From Candidatus Poseidoniaceae archaeon (GTDB lineage Archaea > Thermoplasmatota > Poseidoniia > Poseidoniales > Poseidoniaceae), in NCBI GenBank assembly GCA_943789275.1, contig CALSTM010000003.1:240001-272000 (forward strand): a stretch of 32,000 bases of DNA, written 5' to 3'. The notes under the pieces are model-generated. The model was given only the letters and a program-made list of their open reading frames with translations, did not search any database and had not been told where the DNA came from. Positions 1-8,500 of the stretch are shown piece after piece. A program made the position numbers and the translations under genes. Each line of letters opens with the position of its first letter. Positions within the stretch are counted from its first letter, which is position 1.

Positions 1-836
1 GTTAGCTTTCCTTTGGGTAAATTTGCATGAACGGCAAGTTTGTCCATGAGCCTCTGAACGCCCCGCGGTTGCAATCTGCGCCCAGCCGAGTTGAGTAAGA
101 AAGCAAAATCTTCGTTGCGAACTCTTGCGTCACGTATCGGAATCCATGCATGTATGCGTTCAAGTGTCCGGCGGGTGAAGAGGACGAGCCGGTCTTTGTC
201 TCCCTTGCCTCCGTACACGCGAGCAGAACCGTCTTCAAGGTCAATATCATTCATGTCAAGGTTGCAAACTTCGCTGACTCGTAATCCAGTATCAAGCATC
301 ATGGTGACCAGGATTGAAGCGACCGGATCTTCGCTTACCGAAGCAGCATCCAATACCATCGTCATCTCTCTGCGGTTGAGTGTTCGCGGTAGACGTTTAC
401 CGGCACGGGCTCGTACCAAATGGTCCGGCCAACGATGACCGAGCCATTTGAGCAGGTGTCGAGCTGCTGCTAATCGGGCGTTGTAAGTCGTTGGGCGTAG
501 GTCTGAGAGGCTGTGAGTCCAACGGTCAAGGCGCCCACTAAGGGGTTCCATCCGTTCAGCCAACTCATAGACGGTGAGCGTTTGAAAATCGTTCTCACTG
601 AGGACATTTTCATTGGGAAGTGTGGTTTCAATGAGGGCACGTAAACCGCTGGCATACGATTTCTGCGTATTTTTCGACTTGTTCTCGGCCTTCAGCGTCT
701 GCATATAGCATGAAAGCCACGGTAAATCTTGCATGTGGATAAGGCGCGGTGGAAGGGCAACTGAGACATCATTCAGTCTCATTTGGCTCGGCCTCAACGC
801 CTTGCGATTCCGCTCTGTTCCTTTTCTCGTATTCAT
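1..836 (-). CDS. Tyrosine recombinase, XerA/XerC/XerD-like (C-terminal part lies beyond the left edge)
   Basis: Absent from the supplied track. Hand translation of the minus strand is open from 1031 down to base 3. It reads ...MQDLPWLSCYMQTLKAENKSKNTQKSYASGLRALIE...LPRTLNRREMTMVLDAASVSEDPVASILVTMMLDTGLRVSEVCNLDMNDIDLEDGSARVYGGKGDKDRLVLFTRRTLERIHAWIPIR... This gives an N-terminal core-binding segment, box I (TGLRVSE with the catalytic Arg) and the GKG-K-R beta-hairpin of Xer-type enzymes. Box II (H-x-x-R ... Y) is off-window. ATG options are 836, 782 and 734; 836 and 782 have GGAGG/GAGG 9-12 nt upstream. Confidence 0.8.
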   Translation of the reverse strand, partial: MNTRKGTERNRKALRPSQMRLNDVSVALPPRLIHMQDLPWLSCYMQTLKAENKSKNTQKSYASGLRALIETTLPNENVLSENDFQTLTVYELAERMEPLSGRLDRWTHSLSDLRPTTYNARLAAARHLLKWLGHRWPDHLVRARAGKRLPRTLNRREMTMVLDAASVSEDPVASILVTMMLDTGLRVSEVCNLDMNDIDLEDGSARVYGGKGDKDRLVLFTRRTLERIHAWIPIRDARVRNEDFAFLLNSAGRRLQPRGVQRLMDKLAVHANLPKGKL

Positions 837-851
837 TGGCGTTCCCCGCCT

Positions 852-866
852 CCCGCCTGTGGCGGG
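852..866. other. GC-rich hairpin (cccgcc-tgt-ggcggg) between the rimK stop and the recombinase start
   Basis: Perfect 6-bp GC stem with a 3-nt loop. An extra cccgcc copy at 845-850 allows alternative pairing. On the minus strand the 3' arm overlaps the GGAGG upstream of the ATG at 836. Confidence 0.35.
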
Positions 867-979
867 TGTGCATCCCGTGCTCCGAAGAGCATATGGTAAG
901 AATGAGAACTCCCATATCAAACCACCGCGCGATATCAAGACACATCCGAGCAGTATGAGACGTCCTCGGGAACGCCGAA

Positions 980-2221
980 TCAAGCGTTGGTTTCTTCCGA
1001 GTCCGGCAGAGTGAATGCCTTCTGGGATACATCAAGCATGGCTTGACGCAACGAATTTCGGAGTTCTGTGAGTTCTCCGTAACAGATTAAGACATCTTCG
1101 TAGCGAAGCTGGATGTCGTCGCTCGGGTTCCACAGCAGGCTGTTGTCACGAGATAAAGCAAAGACTGGAATCCTTGAACTTGAATTGAAAAGTTCTGCCA
1201 GCGGTTTTCCAACCAATTGCTGATGGTTACTGATTTGTAAAGAAAGTACTCCAGAACCCGGGACTGTTCGTAACAATTGGTCGAGGTCAACTTCTGCAAA
1301 GGCCGTTTCACTTGTGACGTAGTCTATGATTTCACCCGCTACATTGACACCGCTTGCTTTCTCGATGCCTTCGAGGCCCGGTGAGGAATTCACTTCCAGA
1401 ACCAACGGACCGTCTCTTGCTTCCAACAGGTCAACTCCAGCGATATGAAGTCCAAGCACTCTTGCAGCCCTGCAAGCGGCTTCTTCGAACTCAGGCGGCA
1501 AATCGACTTTTTCGACCGTACCGTTGAGATGGTAGTTGCTTCGGAATTCCCGTCCTCGTGCTTTACGGCGCATGCTTGCAACGACTCGATCACCAACGAC
1601 CAGTGCTCGAATGTCCTTGCCGTGAGACTCAGCAATGTACTCTTGAATGAGAACTGCTCGACCGGTGAGCAATAAGCCTTGGACGAGGTTTCGCGATTCA
1701 CGAATGGTGTGACGCAGAAATACGCCTTGGCCTTGCGTTCCTTGCGTCACTTTGATGACGACAGGCAAGCCACCGACGAAATCCACAGCCGTTTCCACAT
1801 CGATGATATCTCGCACGTATGTGGTTCGAGGTACAGGAATCCGATTCCGTGCTAGAATTTGCGAAGCGTGCAGTTTGTCCCTGCTCTGGAGAATACCAGC
1901 TCCAGTGTTCGCAGTCCAAATGCCGAGTTGTTCAAGATGCCGTAGAACAGCAACTCCGTGTTTGGTTATTGAATGACCTATCCGGGGGATGACGGCATCG
2001 TAATTGAACGGTTCACCGTTGTGAAGAATGTCTATACGACCATCGGCCACAAACAGGGAGAACTTCATCGGATCGGCAACATAAGGGTCTAATCCACGCT
2101 TTCGGGCCTCTTCTACGAGCCGTCGAGTACTGTAGAGCCGAGGTCCTCGAGAAAGTATGGCGAGGCGTAGAGCCGAGTCTTGAGATTCCCCATGAGCGTG
2201 ATTCGTACCGCTCCCCTCCAT
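980..2221 (-). CDS. rimK: RimK-type ATP-grasp alpha-L-glutamate ligase with a C-terminal RCK_C (TrkA-C)-like domain
   Basis: ORF 980..2371. The likely start is the ATG at 2219-2221 (MEGSG...), because the first 50 codons overlap the divergent gene. LRLAILSRGPRLYSTRRLVEEARKRG, VVIKVTQGTQGQGV, EFRSNYHLNG and LEVNSSPGLEGIE match the RimK ATP-grasp core. The extra ~90 aa tail (about 1040..1250) reads VLSLQISNHQQLVGKPLAELF...VFALSRDNSLLWNPSDDIQLRYEDVLICYGELTEL, the RCK_C pattern. Confidence 0.85.
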   Translation of the reverse strand: MEGSGTNHAHGESQDSALRLAILSRGPRLYSTRRLVEEARKRGLDPYVADPMKFSLFVADGRIDILHNGEPFNYDAVIPRIGHSITKHGVAVLRHLEQLGIWTANTGAGILQSRDKLHASQILARNRIPVPRTTYVRDIIDVETAVDFVGGLPVVIKVTQGTQGQGVFLRHTIRESRNLVQGLLLTGRAVLIQEYIAESHGKDIRALVVGDRVVASMRRKARGREFRSNYHLNGTVEKVDLPPEFEEAACRAARVLGLHIAGVDLLEARDGPLVLEVNSSPGLEGIEKASGVNVAGEIIDYVTSETAFAEVDLDQLLRTVPGSGVLSLQISNHQQLVGKPLAELFNSSSRIPVFALSRDNSLLWNPSDDIQLRYEDVLICYGELTELRNSLRQAMLDVSQKAFTLPDSEETNA

Positions 2222-2275
2222 GCCGCTCGCTGTTCCTCCGCGCCTTTCAAGTGCTCGCTTGAAATCGGAGTCATC

Positions 2276-3298
2276 ATGTCCGATGAGGATGCAGCGGTTG
2301 CCACTGAAGAAAATTCTGCTGATGCAGACCAAGAAGAAACAGTGGAAGCACTTACTCTTGAACAGCGTCAAGAAGAACTCAAGAAATCGCGTTGGAACGT
2401 TTTCTTGTGGCTTGGTATTGCGGTTTTGATGTTTTCATTTGCTCTTTTCCCAATGCCATTTAGTGCAGATTATGATGAATTCACCAGCTCAGCAGAGAAA
2501 GACATTGGGTTTGTTTGGGGCCCTTCTCTCCCAGGGGATGATGTGTTTGACGCTTCGATGAACTTGGATGTCACTGCATCAAGTCCACCACCAGAATCAG
2601 GCAGCCTCATTGAAGCCTATGCGCTCAAAGTGGACAACTGCCAACAAAATCTTGGCGAATTCACTGCGATTGCCAAGGACGGAACCGACCATGCCTATCA
2701 GCATCAGGTTATGGATAAGACACCGATTACTGGACAGGAGTACACCTTTGAGTTCTCTTTGGACCCCGGCCAATACTGCATCATCGTCCAATATGTTGAT
2801 GCCAATGGAAGCATCATCGGGGCTGACTCCGAAGACTCGAACATTGACCTCAGTGTCAAAGGCAAAGTGTGGTCCAGCCAAACGATTGGTGGGTTGTTCG
2901 GAATCCTCTGCCTCTCCCTCTCAGCATTTGCCTTTATTGGAGCACAAAAGCACGGCACACACATCAAAACCATTCTCGAGAACGGAGATGAATCGACAGA
3001 GGAAAAGGTTCTCGCTTCTGTATCAGGTGCACGAATCGCTGCTGGTCCAACCGGCGGCCCGCCGGGTGCAGGCCCGAGCGGACCTCCTCCATCTGCAGGC
3101 CCGAGCGGCCCGCCATCCCCTTCTGAACCGACACCAACTGAAACAGTGCTGACTGATGCAGCACCAGCACCTGCTACCGAGGCAGTGTTTGAACCTGCAG
3201 AAAACGGCTATTTCTTCAAGAAGTTAGCAGATGGAACATACGAACAAACAGTCTACGTGCAAAATGCAGACGGTACATACGTGCCGCATCAAGGCTAA
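2276..3298 (+). CDS. Hypothetical two-TM membrane protein with an acidic N-terminus and a Pro/Gly-rich C-terminal tail
   Basis: ORF 2180..3298; the likely start is the ATG at 2276 (MSDEDAAV...). TM segments are WNVFLWLGIAVLMFSFALF and IGGLFGILCLSLSAFAFIG. The tail reads GPTGGPPGAGPSGPPPSAGPSGPPSPSEPTPTE and the protein ends ...LADGTYEQTVYVQNADGTYVPHQG. I recognise no family. Confidence 0.6.
   Translation: MSDEDAAVATEENSADADQEETVEALTLEQRQEELKKSRWNVFLWLGIAVLMFSFALFPMPFSADYDEFTSSAEKDIGFVWGPSLPGDDVFDASMNLDVTASSPPPESGSLIEAYALKVDNCQQNLGEFTAIAKDGTDHAYQHQVMDKTPITGQEYTFEFSLDPGQYCIIVQYVDANGSIIGADSEDSNIDLSVKGKVWSSQTIGGLFGILCLSLSAFAFIGAQKHGTHIKTILENGDESTEEKVLASVSGARIAAGPTGGPPGAGPSGPPPSAGPSGPPSPSEPTPTETVLTDAAPAPATEAVFEPAENGYFFKKLADGTYEQTVYVQNADGTYVPHQG
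3067..3108 (+). repeat. 27-nt-period coding repeat in the Pro-rich tail
   Basis: The identical 15-mer tgcaggcccgagcgg occurs at 3067-3081 and 3094-3108, encoding AGPSGPP twice. Confidence 0.8.
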
Positions 3299-3395
3299 TC
3301 GCTGTTCACTTGCCTTTCGAAATCCATGTTTTATGAGATACATTTGGGGTCATACTTGAAAGGGAATGACGACAGGCATCATGTGAGGGTTTGGA

Positions 3396-5579
3396 ATGTC
3401 GAGTGAGGAAATCTCTTCTTTGACCGTTGCCAAACTCAAAGCATTGTGTATTTTGAATGATTTGCCCACGTCTGGGAAAAAATCCGAACTCGTTGAACGC
3501 CTCCTCGAATCCGGCCTTAGCAAAAAAGAGGTTGGATTGCCTCACCAAGAGGAAGAGAAAACCGCCGAGCAACCAACCAAAGAAACTCCACAAGAGGTGC
3601 CTGAGGAAGAGGAAATCGTTCTTTCACTCGAGGACGAAGACACACTCACTCCAACGGTTGAAAAAGCCGTTGAAAAAGAGGAACCAACCTCAACTATGAT
3701 TCTTGATGCTGAGATTCTTGATGCTGATTTCGCAGATGAAGAACCTGATGCTGCTCAAACCGCAGTGAAGAAGAACCTCAAGGATTCAGTCAAGGCCGAA
3801 CACGCTCGAGAAAACCCAACGACGCTCCTCGATATGATTCGTAAACCTCAGGTAGCAGCAGTTCTTCTTGCGGTTGTTATTCTGGGTGCTGGAGGATATT
3901 ACTACCTGGACAACCAATTGGATTCGTTTACCGCTGACCAGCTTCGCTACGGCGACAGAATGCAGTACCAAATCTCTGGAGACCAAGACGGTTTAGCGAC
4001 CTTTCTGGCAACGGAAGGGTTCGTGGAACTTGTGATGGACCAAATTGAGACGGAGGACGACATCTGTAAGATTTCTGCTGATTTTGGCGGAACCGGCAGT
4101 CTCGAAATCACTGAAGGTGGCTCAAGTGAATTGGTCAACGAAGGCGGCTCAAAAGACCGTTTAGGAGCTGTACGCATCGTTGGCGGGATGGGCGCTGAAT
4201 GGTTATCCGTTGAAACGGTCAACACCAATTCCCTGAGCCCGTTCCGAGTCAACAGGCATCTCTCAATTGGCAACATTTGTGACATTGGGGCGATCACTGC
4301 CTCAGGGTCTGCAGACCTCACTTCCACAACGTACACTGAGTTGAGGAATCAAGACACGAAGGCAACCCAACTTGACTGGGGCTTTGATCTTCCATCTCCG
4401 ATTGGAAAATACCAGGGTACAACGGTGAGTTACGGTGTTGGTGGTTTACTGGGCGGTCTTGAAACGCTTGCGCCGGGCCTTGCACTCATGTTACAACCGG
4501 TAGAAATACAAGAATTATTTGCGAACGACCTCATTGATGCTGGGGCGACTGGAAGCAACCTTGGTTGGGACTGGAGAGTGTTGGGAATCGATGAATTGAA
4601 CGGCGATCCGGTTTGGAAAATAGTGGCTACTCACCACGATATTGAAGCGTATTGTCTTGGAACGGCGACCATGAATCTGTGGGTTGAATCTGGAAACCCT
4701 TGGGCAGCCAAGCAGACGGTTGATGTCCTCATATCCGAGAATCAAGCCAGCCAGTCAGGTTGCTCACCGACCTCTCAGTTGCTCAACGATTATGTTCTTC
4801 CAGAAGGTGAATTGGAATTGCATCATACCTTCACCAAGACTTCACTTCAACGCGGCCAAAAGCAACTTGATTTGGGTCTCACCTACGGCTCGATTCCTTT
4901 GGCTAATCAACTCGGACCTTCGAGTGATGAGTTGGAAACGTGGGGCGATTATGACCTTCACATGCCCGATGATTCCACTCTTCGGCAACACACTTTTGAG
5001 GATGCCATAGCATGTTTTGAATCTTGGCCGAATACGATTGCCCCCGGTGCGGCAAATGCCTTGGAAAATGAAGGTTACATTTGGCGAGGTACAACAAAAC
5101 AGACCTCTTCCACAGTGACGCAATGGAACGTGTCTTGGGTCGCATCCGATGAACAAGCAGGCTGGGTCCAATTTAATTTGACTGGGACCCCGAATGCAGA
5201 GAATTGCCAGTACGATAAACGCGGTGACCTCGATTCCACAGCATTCAACAGGGAGTCAATACCCCAAACGTTGAACATCACATCATTGGAATCTCGGTTA
5301 ACCGATTCCTCAAATTATGCCGTATTGGTTGGAGATGACCGATTTTTCACCACCTCCGGTGAATATCAGAACGACGTTCAGGTCGGCTATCTCATCGCAG
5401 TTCCAGGTAACGACATCGGTTCTCTGTTATCTCAAATTGGAGACGGTGGCGACGGTGCAGTTACCCTTGACATGTCGAAAACATGGGATGAAGATGGGAA
5501 AACCAAGCAGTTGAATTTACTCGCTGATGCCGAGGAAGGCCGACTCATCGGTTGGAGTTTCATCACTTCTCAAGCTTGA
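3396..5579 (+). CDS. Membrane-anchored protein with an N-terminal SAP-like helix-extended-helix motif and a large non-cytoplasmic domain
   Basis: 727-aa ORF. Residues 6-40 (3411..3515) read ISSLTVAKLKALCILNDLPTSGKKSELVERLLESG, which fits the SAP / Rho_N-type pattern (L..L.V..LR..L..RGL...G.K.eLieRL). This is followed by a ~100-aa Glu-rich linker, a single TM (VAAVLLAVVILGAGGYYYL) and a ~550-aa domain I cannot assign. Confidence 0.7.
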   Translation: MSSEEISSLTVAKLKALCILNDLPTSGKKSELVERLLESGLSKKEVGLPHQEEEKTAEQPTKETPQEVPEEEEIVLSLEDEDTLTPTVEKAVEKEEPTSTMILDAEILDADFADEEPDAAQTAVKKNLKDSVKAEHARENPTTLLDMIRKPQVAAVLLAVVILGAGGYYYLDNQLDSFTADQLRYGDRMQYQISGDQDGLATFLATEGFVELVMDQIETEDDICKISADFGGTGSLEITEGGSSELVNEGGSKDRLGAVRIVGGMGAEWLSVETVNTNSLSPFRVNRHLSIGNICDIGAITASGSADLTSTTYTELRNQDTKATQLDWGFDLPSPIGKYQGTTVSYGVGGLLGGLETLAPGLALMLQPVEIQELFANDLIDAGATGSNLGWDWRVLGIDELNGDPVWKIVATHHDIEAYCLGTATMNLWVESGNPWAAKQTVDVLISENQASQSGCSPTSQLLNDYVLPEGELELHHTFTKTSLQRGQKQLDLGLTYGSIPLANQLGPSSDELETWGDYDLHMPDDSTLRQHTFEDAIACFESWPNTIAPGAANALENEGYIWRGTTKQTSSTVTQWNVSWVASDEQAGWVQFNLTGTPNAENCQYDKRGDLDSTAFNRESIPQTLNITSLESRLTDSSNYAVLVGDDRFFTTSGEYQNDVQVGYLIAVPGNDIGSLLSQIGDGGDGAVTLDMSKTWDEDGKTKQLNLLADAEEGRLIGWSFITSQA

Positions 5580-8500
5580 TTACCGCCAACGGTTTTGACT
5601 CGGTTGGGTGTTGTTCTGAGAACCAGGACGCCCGTACTGGGACAAACTTGGTGCGGACTGTACATCCGCATACAATGGAGGCATCGGGGGTGAGACAAAG
5701 CCTTGAGGTGCTTGTTTCGGTCGGCCTTGAGGTGGTTTAGGACCTCTTCGCATGAACAGGAGTACGAGAACAAGCAGGATCACAACGCCACCCAGTACAA
5801 GGGGCAGCGTGTACTCTTCAAACGGATTGAACGCGTTGTCTTCCTTCATGTCAGTCACACTTCCCGAATTGTCTTCTTCAGGGGCAGGTGGGTTCCAGAC
5901 GCTGTAGTACACCATCCACGTTGTTTCGTAGTAGTCGTTTTCTTCAAAGACAACCGCTTTGTATTGGTATGGACCGGCAGTTCCATTGTATGTACACAAC
6001 TCCTCGGCCATTGGAGAATTTTGGTTTCCACAATCGTATACAGGTTGATTCAAGCTCGGACCTTCGACGAGTAAAGTTTGGTTATTGAACCATTGAATTG
6101 TGAGATTCAGTCGCTCTACGGTCTCTTCGGTCATGTTGAATTCAATGTTGAGGATGAGCCTCTCGCTGGTAGCGTTAATGATGACATAAGGGGCTGAAGG
6201 CGTTGAAAGAAGAAATGATTTCTTGTCGACCTGTTCATCGATTTCACCATCGCAGTCATCGTCCAAGCCGTTCCATATCTCGTTTGCATCAGGATAGCGC
6301 AGCGAACTGTTATCGTCGCAGTCAGCAAACCAGTAGAAACCATCGTTGTCAGCATCTGGGTCGAACACGTTTGGGTTTGTAAATGTCGAAAACACTTCTA
6401 TTCCATCGTTGAGGCCGTCCGAATCGGTGTCGTTATCGAAGGGATTGGTGTCCAGTTCGAGAAATTCGACCAAATCCAAAATGCCGTCTTCATCAGCATC
6501 CGTTCCGATGAAGTCTTCATCGACCACACCATCGCAATTATTGTCGATGTCATCAAGAAGTTCTTGCGCATTCGGCGAGATATCTGCATTGGAATCGTTA
6601 CAATCTTGGAACCAGTAGAACCCGTCCATGTCCGAATCGTTATCTTTCACCAGAGGGTTGGTCGAATAGGTTAGAATTTCAAGCCCATCGATCAATAAGT
6701 CTCCGTCAGTATCCGCCATTGTAACATTGGTTCCAAAGATGTGATACTCAGCAAAGTCGGACAAACCATCACTATCCATGTCAGTGATGTTGAATCCTTC
6801 ATCCCATTGTCCGTCACAATTGTCATCAATGCCGTTCAACATTTCGGCAGCTCCGGGGTAAATCATTGGATTGGTATCGTTGCAATCATCAAACCAGTAG
6901 TATCCATCCGAATCGGCATTCAGGTCCGCAATCAGTGGGTCTGAGCCATGAATCAACACTTCAGCACCATCGCTGAGCAAATCTCCATCTGTATCTGTGA
7001 GTAAGGGGTCCGTTCCGTTGACAAATATTTCCACGCCATCGGAAAGGCCGTCACCATCAGTGTCATCGAGTAAGGGATTGGTCCCATAGATGAGGATTTC
7101 ATCACCATCGCCGATGGTGTCGTCGTCGCTGTCGTAATCTTCAGGGTCGGTCCCATATACGTTTGATTCGTTGTAATTTGAGAGGTTATCACCGTCTGAA
7201 TCAACATCAAGTTCTGTACCGTAGATGACCAATTCCCATGAATCGAGAGTGCCGATGTTGCCCGATTTTTTGTCTTCGACGGTGAGCGTCCATTCCCCCC
7301 TGCAGTCTTCATCCCAATTGTGGACCGTTGAAAATCGCCAGTTGTTGTAATTTGCGCCACCGTCGTTGTGCTTTTCGCTGAGAACGCTTTGCGTTCCTGA
7401 AGGGCTGGTAAGCACGACTTCCAAATCCCCTCGTGATGGGTGCGAAATGTCAACAATGACGTCCACATTTTCCATCTTCATCGGCTCGGATACCATCGTG
7501 TTTACAGTGACCAAATTTGCATTGTTATCCGGTATATTGCATTGTGAACAGGGGAGCGTCCCCGTCGTGGCAGAGGTTTCGTCGATTACGGTGGTCCATG
7601 ATTCGGACAGCGTTACTGCAGCCCCAGCATCAACCACGCCAAATCCGTATTTGTGGCTGACGTCATGACCAGCCCCATTGGAAGCCCACGAAGTATCGCT
7701 TGCATCGTTTTGGCGAGACGTATGTGCAAGTATGTGCTGAACATCTCTCCATGTGAGGTCGGGATTTGCCTCAAGCATGAGAGCGATGACGCCTGAAACA
7801 AGCGGCGTAGCCGAGGAAGTACCTCCGAAAGTATCCGTATAATCATTTGTTGTGTAGCCGCCCGAACCCTCGTTATCAGTCGTAGTGATGCCTTCTCCAT
7901 CGCCGTTTGATGGCGATGCAACAAGGATGTTTGCTCCAGGTTCCGCATAATAGGATTGAACGCCGTTGTGGGTGACGGCAGTCACGGCAATGGCATAGCG
8001 TAGATTCGCATAGCCGTCGTAATTTGAATTGTCATTGTCGTCAAGTCCGTTTCCAGCAGCCCAAGTGATGATGTTCCCAAGACCGCCTCTTCCGAGTAAG
8101 GCGTCGTTTTCCATGGCGGCATACATCAACGGACCGGGACCTTCGAGCGTCTCGCCGTTATCGCTGGGCCCCCACGAGTTCGAATAGATGTCAATGTTTT
8201 GACGCTCATGGCCCAATGCTGAAGATTCGCGAACATCCGTCGTGCTGCAAGCAATGAGTTTCAAACCCGCTAATCCAGCCATTGGAGCAGAACCACTCAC
8301 CCCTAGACTGTTGTTCCCAACGCCTGCAGCGACGCCCGCAGAAGCGGTACCATGAGCCTTGTTTGAGGCCGGCGAAGGGTCGTCATCGTCTTGGCAGTAA
8401 TCGTAATCGAGAGTCGATTCGTAATAATCGTCTAAATCAGGATGGTTCCAGTCCAAACCATCGTCAACGATTCCAATGACAATGCCCGTGCCTTTGTAGG

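Noticed and set aside
2-655. Track ORFs 91..438 (+), 2..250 (-) and 470..655 (-)
   Set aside because: They are the antisense strand and an alternative frame of the recombinase gene. Their translations are Ser/Arg-rich with no motifs, while the unlisted third minus frame gives a continuous recombinase sequence.
733-1035. ORFs 733..1014 (+), 749..958 (+) and 769..1035 (-) in the recombinase/rimK spacer; also a possible tRNA next to the recombinase
   Set aside because: Their translations are low-complexity and they overlap each other. I searched both strands for a cloverleaf (7-nt T-loop TTCRANY with a 5-bp stem, acceptor pairing). I found only an 8-nt-loop hairpin (aacgc-cgaatcaa-gcgtt, about 971-988), which does not fit a tRNA.
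2222-2371. N-terminal 50 codons of ORF 980..2371 and first 32 codons of ORF 2180..3298
   Set aside because: These longest-ORF extensions overlap each other on opposite strands. The extensions (MTLFKSKCFHCFFLVC..., MRFPMSVIRTAPLH...) look non-native, and the RimK homology begins just after the internal ATG.
5670-5681. PPLY (PPxY-like late-domain motif) in the cytoplasmic tail of the protease
   Set aside because: A four-residue motif in a Pro-rich tail is expected by chance, and I see no WW-domain or ESCRT gene context in the window.
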